Origin: Octopus bimaculoides
Taxonomy: Eukaryota
Direction: 5' to 3'
NCBI RefSeq assembly: GCF_001194135.2
Contig: NC_068983.1
Coordinates: 122,713,257-122,777,256, forward strand
Length of the DNA: 64,000 nt
Part shown: in pieces, positions 13,218 to 24,360 of the stretch
How the letters are laid out: each line of letters opens with the position of its first letter
How positions within the stretch are numbered: position 1 is the first letter of the stretch
Translations under genes and position numbers: made by a program
The notes under the pieces: generated by a model
Database searches by the model: none
What the model was told of the DNA's origin: nothing
The model's input: only the letters and a program-made list of their open reading frames with translations

Positions 13218-13293
<76 letters not shown>
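13218..13293. repeat. (CA)n microsatellite
   Basis: Seen directly. Confidence 0.95.
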
Positions 13294-13305
<12 letters not shown>

Positions 13306-13306
13306 A

Positions 13307-13693
13307 TAATTATATAAGGGATTGGGAATACCCTGCTCCAACATGCTACAAGAATACGCGGCTGAAATGAAAAGTAAAAAATTGACTTTATTTTGATGCA
13401 CCAGCGCGAATATTTGCCCATGATCGTACGATTTTGTTTCTTATGGGTATGTAAAAAATATTTGTGATTACGTTTCTTTAAATATTGTGCTGAGGATGAG
13501 AAATAAACTATGTTTACTGCTTTAATCTCGAAATTGGACCAATACGCGATTGAATGTGGAGTTTTATTTTGTATTTTTCATTTGTTCGCTTATAACTCGT
13601 ACTTTTGTAGGAGCTAGAGGTGGTTTTATAGCACTTTTTGCCGTATTCTTGTAGCATGTTGGAGCAGGATATTCTAGATCTCTTCTATAATTA
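13307..13693. mobile_element. MITE-like element with 52-bp TIRs
   Basis: 13307-13358 matches the reverse complement of 13642-13693 at 46/52, and the inner 27 bp are perfect (CCTGCTCCAACATGCTACAAGAATACG). TA-rich ends. Confidence 0.75.
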
Positions 13694-14064
13694 TATAATT
13701 GATATATATAATTATTATTTTAGTATAATTTAACCACAAGGTTTTATAGCATGCTAGCCACTTGATATTATCATTTACATGAGTTTATCCTTGTTTGTAT
13801 AAAATATATACATATGCATATGTTTGTGTATATTATCTACAGATATGTACAAGATGGAGCTGTGTTGGTAAAACAAGTAATGATTAGCTCCAGAAAAGTA
13901 TTTTAGAATCTCGAAGAGATCGATGTAATTAGATAGCTCAGAAGTACGAGCGGTACACTATATTTAATGGAATATTTCACTTTCGATCGAACTATACTTG
14001 GTTACAAGGGAATTCTATCCAACGTCAAAATACCAAGTCGTATTCAACATATGTTTGCCGAAAC

Positions 14065-14264
14065 CACGTGTTGACTTGGATATAAAAATAAAAACAAAAA
14101 TATGTTAGCTGCATCGGTCACATATCTTGCATTTCATCGTGAAATTACAGTCTCGGAAACTGCAACTTGTTGCTCAAAACATAAAATACTGAAAATACGA
14201 ACATAGAACGTCTGTCTGTTTACATTTTCCCTTTTACACATCTAAAGAATCGCTGAAGGTAAGT
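14065..14264 (+). promoter_or_regulatory. Candidate TATA promoter and non-coding first exon ending at 14258
   Basis: E-box CACGTG (14065-14070), TATAAAA (14081-14087) and a consensus donor AAG|GTAAGT (14256-14264) in non-repetitive, CpG-containing sequence. Confidence 0.3.
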
Positions 14265-14617
14265 GCTTTTTCAGCCAGTAGTAAGACAAGACAAACTTGC
14301 TTTTCTTTTTTTAGTATAGACTTTTTCTGACAATCTCGTCTTATAGTAATATATTTATAGACAATATCGTCTTTATAATAACAATATATTCATAGATATA
14401 TTCCCGTGCGTGCATTCGCATGTTCACGTGTACATGTATGCATATGTGTGTGTGTATGATTTGCTCGCTTCTGACATAGTCTTTACCCTTCTCCATCATC
14501 CTTGCTTCTCCTCTATCTATTTAAATTTCTTTCCTACCTATTTCTGTCTTCCTTTAAAATTTATGCCTATTTGGATATACATACACATATCTGCACGTTC
14601 TTACCTATTCAACTCCT

Positions 14618-14734
14618 CCTCCTCTCTGTCTCCTCTCTACCCCCTCTTTCTCTCTGTTTCCATTTTCCTATTCTCCCTTCCTCTCTGTCAATTTGTCCTT
14701 CTCTCTCTCCTTTTTCCGTCTGTGGATCTATTCC

Positions 14735-14775
<41 letters not shown>

Positions 14776-15090
14776 TTCTCTCTCTTTCTCTCTCTTTCTC
14801 TCTCTTTCTCTCTCTCTCTCTCTCTGCGTCTCCCTGTAAAGTCTATGTGTAGATATACATACACGCGCACATCTACACGTTCATACCGATACAATCCCTA
14901 CTCCCTCACCGTCTCCTCATCCTCTGTTTCTTTGCTTGCTTCTCCCTTTCTCGCTCCCTCTCTGTTGATCTTCCCCTCCCTTTCTCTCTCTCAGTCTCCT
15001 TCTTCTCTCCCTCTCTGGCTAAATTCTCTGTCTCTGTCTCCCTCTCTCTGTGTCTCTCCCTCTCTCTGTGTCTCTCCCTCTCTCTTTCCG
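14618..15090. repeat. CT/TCTG-rich low-complexity tract
   Basis: Seen directly. Confidence 0.9.
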
Positions 15091-15711
15091 CATCTCTAGC
15101 CAAGATGTCAGGGAACTGGTCAACAAAAGAACTGTAATCGTTTGTGCGAGCTTGGAAAGTTGCCGAAGGAGATCCCCTCCAAACAACATCATCGCAGCAG
15201 CACTAAAAAGTAATGGGTTTTCCAGAACCATCGTCCCTCCACTCAAGGAAGAAAAGCGAATTACTCCATTCCTATGTTCCTATTAGACAGCACATGGACA
15301 CTCTTGACACCATTCTGGAAACTGACTACACAAACGATGACAAAATGGATGGAGAAAGCTTCCAGGGCCCAGCGGTCGCTCAAAAGAGCAAAATCAAAGC
15401 CACGACTGAGAGGCCTGCAAACGAGGGAAACAATATTGGCCCTGCCTCCAGCACGTTAGAAGATGTAAGATTTGAGAGGACCAAAAAAGAAAAACAAAAC
15501 AAAACTGGCAAAAAAAGCTGTCAGAAACAAGGAAGAGTGAGGAGTAAAAGAAAGAGAAAAGGAAGAAAAGACAAAAACGTTAGGACGAAACAGAAGACCC
15601 CCAACAAAAGCCACAGGAATTAAAAAACAAGAGCAGATTTTACATACAAGGGAACTGCTGGCACGGTGATGATGATTTGCCACGTTCTTTTGCAATTATG
15701 TGTTTACTTGA

Positions 15712-15715
<4 letters not shown>

Positions 15716-15800
<85 letters not shown>
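15716..15800. repeat. (TG)n microsatellite
   Basis: Seen directly. Confidence 0.95.
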
Positions 15801-15804
<4 letters not shown>

Positions 15805-16202
15805 GAGTAAAACAGCCAGTTTTAAATCTCTGAATGAGATCTGAGTAGTAACTATGCTTCATAGTAAAATCTATTTCCCAACGTAAAGGAGCAGTCTTGC
15901 GTAGGACTATGTTACCTTTTAACCTGAGCAAAACATCTTTTCAGCTGGTTATCGGCACAATCTGTGTCTGAAATATACCGTGAGCAAAGGAACATACTAC
16001 TCCCTCCGAGCCACTAGCAGTTTCTGAGAAACTTCCTATCCTCGGTGGTGGACAACTTCCGGCTAGAGATAGCAGCTTATTCGACCTTACAGTATATAAA
16101 TATAGAAGTGACATACAATCGCTTATCTCGTAATGAATAAAACAGCTAGTTTTACATCTCTGAATGAGATCTAAGTATTAACTATGATTCATAGTAAAAT
16201 CT
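15800..16202. repeat. 330-bp unit with ~73-bp terminal direct redundancy
   Basis: 15800-15872 is repeated at 16130-16202 (GTAATGARTAAAACAGCYAGTTTTAMATCTCTGAATGAGATCTRAGTAKTAACTATGMTTCATAGTAAAATCT). Internal TATATAAATA (16093) and AATAAA (16136). Confidence 0.8.
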
Positions 16203-16319
16203 CTTTAAAGCTGCAGTCATGTTGGGGCACCACCATTGGTTGTCCTACACCATTATTTGAAATCTCTTCTGATATGTGGCATTTAGTGAATGAGGGAGTT
16301 TGATGTTGCTGCCCTCATC

Positions 16320-16935
16320 TGTGTTTAATGCCACGAGGTAGGCTTATCTGGAACCCTTAACAGAAATAGATCCAGTTTTGTTTTGAAGACACCTACATCC
16401 CTAACATGCAGGTCCCTCAGATATTTTAGAAGGATATTGAAGGGTTGTGGGCCTTTGAAACCCAAACTGCTGCAGTATCTAATCCTGTATTTTGATGGTG
16501 ATGCTGAGATCTTTGGCACTATGCAGTGGTACTCCGTTCTAGTGTTTGTGTATTTTTCAATTCTAAAATTTGGCACAAGGCTTTCCAGTATTTTCCAGAT
16601 ATATATCACTGCATATATTTCCCGCTTTAATTCTTGGGAAAAGATTTTAAAATGTTTCAGCCTTTCCCTGTAACTGATATGTTGCGTTGAGACAATTTTA
16701 TTTGTGTAGCTTCATTGGATTGCTTCGAGTTCCACCATTAATTTTATACTCTCTGGTGACCATAGTTGGGAGCAGTCATCCAAATGGCTGAGGACGTATG
16801 CCTGCCAAAGGACCATCATAGTTTTCTTTACTCTTGTTTTGAAAGTTTGGAGGATCTGTCCAACTAGTCGTCTGCATTTTATTACCAAGTTAGTAATATG
16901 CCCCGGGAATGATGCATCATTACACATGCTCTTTC
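16320..16935 (-). pseudogene. CR1-group (CR1/L2/Daphne-like) LINE 3' fragment
   Basis: Translates to MMVLWQAYVLSHLDDCSQLWSP..ELEAIQ and SLGFKGPQPFNILLKYLRDL..VFKTKLDLFLLRVPDKPT. Confidence 0.8.
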
Positions 16936-18705
16936 ACAGCCTTATCACAGGATGTGAAATATTACTGGTGTATAAATTTACTTTCTTTTACTGTATAGAT
17001 TTGCTTTCTGATCTTTGACAGAAGAGATCAAGATGTCCTCCTACTTCATTTTATTCCTTGTTTTCTTCCTCTCTCCCTCTCCCATCTTATCAGTGTACTG
17101 TTTACTTCACTTTTGAAAATGATTTTTTTAGAATTGGAAGTTCAGGTACAAAACTAAAGAATTGCCTGAGGGATGCAAGCAACAGTGCCTAGCTTTGTTA
17201 AAACTGTTTACAATCTTCATAGATTATTTCCAGTCTTCAACTGAATTGCTTTTTCTGCACACTGGTCAATGAACCTAACAGTTGATCAAATTTAAAACCC
17301 AGCGATGATTCATTTTATCAGTTACAACATCATTTCCATAATCCTTGATGTCTACCACAAAAACACAACAATGAAAATATCACGAACACCTGTACATATA
17401 GCTAAGCTTTTCCTAAGTTTCTGTAATTGGTAACCATTTTTTACTTTAATTAAACAGCCTACTCTGTATATATCTAATTCTATTGAATTAAATGTAGGTA
17501 GAATGTCTTTTAAAACCAAATAGCCTGATTAAGTTACAAGCCTCATCTGCATCAAAGCAGCAAAGAAACGTTCTGCACAATTCCTTGTTACCCAGAACAA
17601 GTCACCAAAAGAAAATAAAAATTTTGTGGTGTGCATTATAATATTAATATCTCAGTCAGTAAATAGGTGTGTATATATAGCTGAAATGTAATACTTTCAT
17701 GCAAATATATTGGTTGATAATAGAAAAGCAAAACTGTACAATGTCAAATTAAATTAATTTAATGACACGTATGTGATAGGACCAATTAATCACTGGAAAA
17801 CTATTATTCCAGAGGTAGCAGGTTAGAAATACACAAATGCTATTATTGGTTGAATCTAGTTTATACTTGTTATCCTTACCTAATTTGTTCTTAGCAGGGT
17901 TAATAAGTTAGTATTTTAGGGTCAGCTAAGAAATTAAGTTTATGGTCTTTTAAAGAAATGAGATGCAAGCAGACAGCTAAGTATTCTATCTTATCACATA
18001 TTTTGAACAATGAAGTTAAGAACATTACTTCCTTATTAATGAACATTCCTATATATTTTTCTAATATTGCTGGAGACAGGTTGTATGTTACATGTATTTA
18101 TCAACAAGTTTTTTGTTTTATCAGATAGAATACATAATATGTAGAGTTACAGAAATACATCAGCTCTTTAAGCAAAGTGACTTGAAAGCTTAACCCCAGG
18201 CAGATCCTCCACCAGCTGGTTACTGGTGCGTCCTACACCCTGTATATATTGTAAGCAGGGGAGCAAACCAGGCATTTTCAGTACATCAAAATCTAGTCAT
18301 CACATTATCTTTCAGTGCTTGAAGTTGGCAAAATAACTTTGTAGATGTAAATCTAATATCAAATCACTATCATTATGCTCTTTTATTATTTGTATACTCA
18401 AAAGGTCTTAGAAATTCCTGTGTGGAAAAATGTGATTTTTCTGATTAAAGAATTTATAGATGTCCCTTTGCTTTAACAAAGTTCATATTGTTTGCCCACA
18501 ATTTGATGTTCATCTCAAAATTCTCAAAAGTTATGTCAACCCATTGATTTTCAAGCTCACTTCACATTTCCTCATCACATAATTTTTAAAAATTCCTGAA
18601 GAGAACAAGATTACATGATAGAATTGACCATCAAACATCAGCATGGTGCACATAGACATGAAACTCTGAAAAATGTGACTATTCAACATATAAACTTTTA
18701 TTTTA

Positions 18706-19713
<1,008 letters not shown>

Positions 19714-20709
19714 TATTTACTGATTTAATAACATTCTGCAAAACTTTATTTAGTCTACCACTGAACCGTCTTGTAGTTAAGTATCACCAGTAAATGATGC
19801 TGTGAATCATAATGTCTAGCATTACTTCTATCCCTGATAGTGACCAATTGTTGTAGGTTTCCATCAGTTGTACAAGTAAAAATCCTTTATGAGAAGTACA
19901 TTTTCACTACTAAAAAATGTACTCAACTATATGAATTGTTTTAATTTTCAGCTGTTCCATAAATAGGAACTTTTCTATAATTGCTCTATTAGCATTTAAG
20001 ATTCCCAAGATTAGTAAACACAAATATAGTATGTCTTGATACTTGAATTCACATGGACTTTAATTTATATGTATATACCTAAACAAGTTTGGATTAGTAT
20101 TGATTGATTTCACAAAATTACTTGCAAAAAATAAATTAGTAAGTGAAATATGAGTATTTAGATAGCTTACTTTCAGTTAAGTTCCACCAATAGCCTGGCT
20201 TTTCTTTCTTAGATTTCACTTACATTGTAACATGACCTCTATTATAGCCACATTCAACTCATTTCATTGTCTACTGAACATTCTTAAGTGAGAAAAGGCA
20301 TTCAACAATTGGCGTTATGAGCCATAACTACTCTGAAAATTGTTTTTCCATAAAGATTTATATCGCATCTCTTGCTGAACGAGTTTTTAAATGATGGCTG
20401 TTGATGTAAGACAAATAAATAAATAAATAAACATTATTGTCAAATTTTATCTCAATTCCACCTGTTACCATGAAGGAAGAATATTTAGTAACAAGTGAAT
20501 ATACAGGGTAGCATACGAAAATGTTGTTTGGGTTCTGTAGCATAGTGTAAATGTAGAAATAAATTTACACAGATAAAAACGCTCCCAGCCTTTCGTTTTC
20601 AAATGTCATTGTGTTATTTTGACACTTGTCGACAATTTGCTACATTATTCTCACCACATTTGTTGATTGAAAGATTGCATTGAGTGAACATCTCTAGTTT
20701 TTCTGCAAG

Positions 20710-21092
20710 ATGATGTACTCAATAGCAGAAAGAGTGGAGATCGTGGAAGCGTATGTGAGAACAGGTTCTCTTAAGCAAACACATGCAATTTTTGAAGTCA
20801 AGTTTCTGAATAAAGGCTTACCAGAACGATACAAATGTTGATTAAGAAGTGGTGCGCTATGGGGCCAATGCACAATGCTTCAAAATAAAGGGGCCCTACA
20901 ATTCAAATATTGGAAGCTATTCAGAACATTCATCAAAGGATTATTCGAAGTCCAAAGAAGTCGACACGTAAACTAGTGCAGCAGTCTCCCATAAGCAGGA
21001 GATCATGTCGACGAGTGTCTAAAAGTCTTAGGTTGAAGCCATATCATTTCACATGTGTACAGCAATTAAATGTGGATGACGAAAACAAATGA
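20710..21092 (+). pseudogene. Tc1/mariner-superfamily transposase N-terminus (DUF4817-type HTH) remnant
   Basis: Translates to MMYSIAERVEIVEAYVRTGSLKQTHAIFEVKF..RSPKKSTRKLVQQSPISRRSCRRVSKSLRLKPYHFTCVQQL, frameshifted. Confidence 0.75.
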
Positions 21093-21989
21093 GTAAATTA
21101 GGATCTTTTCTATTTGACTTTCATTTTTTGAAAGTTTAAAATTAGGTGACGATTTTCAAATTTGGTGTATTAATGTTATTTTTTACGCTGAATCTGGTGT
21201 TGTCATTCACTTGCTGCAGAAAAGCGGCTGATAGGTATGTATTTGTGTATGTATGTGTACGTATGTGTATGTTTGTATGTATATGATTGCGTGTGTTGCC
21301 GTTTTGAATTCCTTTCTACGATTGAACTTAAATTGAGCCCTGGCTATTAAAGACCCAATCACACACACACATTTAATTTAGGTTTTGTATTAATTTGAAC
21401 AGCGGCTATACACCAGATAACATGGTAAGTCTTATGTTCTGAAATTTAAATTTTGAATTTGCTTTAATTATAAAATTACACCCAGCTAAAAACACATCTT
21501 TTGGCTTTGGAAAACATAACCTTTTCTTTCTTTTCCTATATTGTTTACTAAGTTAGAATTTCTCTGTTTCGGTCAGGATTTTCTAATTTCTTATATCAAG
21601 CAACGGACAGTAGCATTAAAAAAATTAAATTCATAGAGCCAAACAAAATCAAAATATTAATTTTAATTGTAATGATGAAGAGTAAATATTTTCCCTTTCC
21701 TTATTACTAACAAGAGCATAGTATGAGGGAAATTTGACTGTTATTTCTAGCAAATTGAACAACCATACAAACAGTACCTCTTTGGTTCATTTGCTGATGT
21801 GTATAAGTGAACAAAAACTAAAGGAAAAATAGACACTAGTAAACATACAGACACACACAAGTATATACTTGGAAGTGGATGCGTGGCGTTCAGTCATAAA
21901 ATAATATAAATTATGAATATATATGCATACATAAATACATACATACATATATGTACATACATATATATGTATATATACATGCATATATG

Positions 21990-22595
21990 GGCACAGGACA
22001 CCACAGAACGTAAACAACATGAAATACGAAAACATGAAATTCGAACCTTTTTTCCCGAACAACAAAAGAAACAAATGGAAAACAAGACAAGCAACATAAA
22101 AAACACCCTTCATCAGTTGTCGGTTGTTTTCTACTTCGTATTTTGAGCAATTAATGACAAGATACGTTTTCAACAAAACAGTTGCTCTCGCAAAGCAAAT
22201 TAAATAAAATTTGGAATTTTGCTGAGGGTCAAAGTTGGTAACAAAAACAGGACAGTGAAAACAAACAGGAAAGGCTGCTAAGCCTGAACGGGTTGAGTTG
22301 GTGAACGCGGAGGAACAAGCTCTGACAGGAGACAGACAAGAATGCGTCTTATCCCTGTGGCTGATCAGAGAGAAAGAAAGAAATTCAAGTTAGGAAAAGA
22401 AAGATGGCAGATGGTCACGTGCGAACAAAGATGGAAGAGCAAAGGCAGAAAAGTGACGGAGAGAGAGGGACATACAGGGAACGATGAAGAGATAGGAAAA
22501 GAATTAGAGAAAGGATGAGAGAGAAAAAAACGAAAGGGGGAGAAGTGGAGATAAGAATTAGAGTATGTTGTTTACGTTCTTTGGTGTCCTGTGCC
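21990..22595. mobile_element. 606-bp element bounded by 31-bp inverted repeats
   Basis: GGCACAGGACACCACAGAACGTAAACAACAT (21990-22020) matches the inverse copy at 22565-22595 at 30/31. No TSD seen. Confidence 0.7.
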
Positions 22596-23127
22596 AGATT
22601 TTTGAATTAATTTTTTAAAACTTGTAGCAAGTCATATTAGCACCACTTTGTGATGGTAGCTTAAGTCGTTTTGCTTAAACTAACCAATTACTACTGGTCG
22701 CGGAAGGATACACGCGGCCCGGGCAGTGAAGCGCGAGTTTTAAAAAGAAAGGCCAGTAGTCGAGCAGACTGGATGGCAAGCAGGTTATATATATATATAA
22801 TAACAACAAAGCCTAATGGTGTGAATTTTCTAAAACTCCTTTAAAGACAAACGGTTTTCACAATGAATTCCAATTTAATAAGAATCTATGATCTGAGGCA
22901 TATTTTTAGAAAAGAAATATTTAATTTTCTCNNNNNNNNNNNNNNNNNNNNNNNNNNNNNNNNNNNNNNNNNNNNNNNNNNNNNNNNNNNNNNNNNNNNN
23001 NNNNNNNNNNNNNNNNNNNNNNNNNNNNNNNNNNNNNNNNNNNNNNNNNNNNNNNNNNNNNNNNNNNNNNNNNNNNNNNNNNNNNNNNNNNNNNNNNNNN
23101 NNNNNNNNNNNNNNNNNNNNNNNNNNN

Positions 23128-23149
<22 letters not shown>

Positions 23150-23159
<10 letters not shown>

Positions 23160-23624
23160 AGAAATGGCAAGACAACAAAAGAATGAAAGAGGCCTCGATA
23201 TTATGTAAATAGAGGAATTTATCTGTAAGTATTAATATGTGACAATTATTCGGTAGTCATGATAAAACTCCGAGTTTCGGATGTCGGGACGGAAACCCAC
23301 GCCGACATCTCTTCAGTTATCGGGCCATCGAAAAAAATGCTATGAAAATTACCGTTAAAACAAAGGGAAATTACTGTGTGATTGACCGTTATTAAGACAA
23401 AAGAGCTATTAGAACGACCGCTAAGTAGAGAGAGGGAGTAAAAATGCTCATAGTAAGCGCGCATGTCCATACATACACAAGCGCGCTCGCAAACACCCAC
23501 ACCCACACACGCGCACAAAAAAATTCCATATACACGTCTATATACGCGCAGGAAAAATGCAGGGTGGAAGGTAGAATACAGAAAAAATATGTGTAAAAAA
23601 ATATATGAGCAATAAAACTATAAA
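23150..23624 (-). mobile_element. Penelope-like terminal repeat copy 1 (left arm of foldback)
   Basis: Inverse homolog of 23637-24360 and 41610-42290. Carries a hammerhead motif. PLE assignment is inferred from the minimal HHR and the inverted arrangement; no GIY-YIG/RT ORF is visible. Confidence 0.65.
23261..23321 (-). ncRNA. Type I hammerhead ribozyme (best-preserved copy)
   Basis: Minus strand reads GATAA-CTGAAGA-GATGTCGG-cgtgggtttccgtc-CCGACATC-C-GAAA-CTCGGAG-TT^TTATC. Helix I GATAA/TTATC, 8-bp helix II, near-palindromic helix III ACTCGGAGT, GUU cleavage triplet. There is one extra C before GAAA. Confidence 0.75.
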
Positions 23625-23636
23625 CCAACCCCTTGC

Positions 23637-24360
23637 TTTATAGTTTTATTGCTCATATATTTTTTTACACCTAATTTTCCTGTATTCTACCTTCCACCCT
23701 GCATTTTTCCTGCGCGTATATAGACGTGTGTATGGAATTTTTTGTGCGCGTGTGGATGTGTGAGTGTGTGCGGGTATGTGCGTATATAGACGTGTGTGTG
23801 TGCATGCATGCGAGTATGTGCGTATATGGACGTGTTTTCCTCTTATTGCTTATTTATTACACGTTTTTTTACACATTTTTCAGTATTTTGCCTTTAGCCC
23901 TATTTTTTCTTGTGCATGTGTATATATAGACGTGTGTATGAACCTTTTTTGTGCGTGTGTGTGTGTGTGTGTCCGAGCGTGTATGCGGGTATGTATATAT
24001 TTTTTGGCGAATGTGTGGGTGAGCATGTGTGTGTTTCAAGTGAGGATGGATGAGTATATACATATAGGCGCATGTACGTGGGTGTGCGGGCGCGCATGGG
24101 TATGTATAGACATGCGCGCTTACGCAATTATTATGAACATTTTTACTCCCTTACCTTTACTCCCTTCCCTCACTTAGCGGTCATTCTAATAGTTCTTTTG
24201 TCTTAATAACGGTCAATCACACAGTAATGTCCCTTTGTTTTAACGGTCATTTTTATAGCATTTTTTTCGATGGCCCGATAACTGAAGAGATACCGGCGTG
24301 GGTTTCCGCCCTGAGATCCGAAACTCGGAGTTTTACCATGGCTACCGAATAATTGTAACA
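23637..24360 (+). mobile_element. Penelope-like terminal repeat copy 2 (right arm of foldback)
   Basis: Begins TTTATAGTTTTATTGCTC, the inverse of the left arm's end, after a 12-nt spacer. It carries ~330 bp that the left arm lacks. Confidence 0.65.
24277..24337 (+). ncRNA. Type I hammerhead ribozyme, core intact but helices weakened
   Basis: GATAA-CTGAAGA-GATACCGG..CTGAGATC-C-GAAA-CTCGGAG-TT^TTACC. Predicted cleavage after 24332. Confidence 0.6.

Noticed and set aside
22060-22125. CTGATGA on the minus strand as a hammerhead
   Set aside because: There is no helix II closing onto a GAAA in any permutation.
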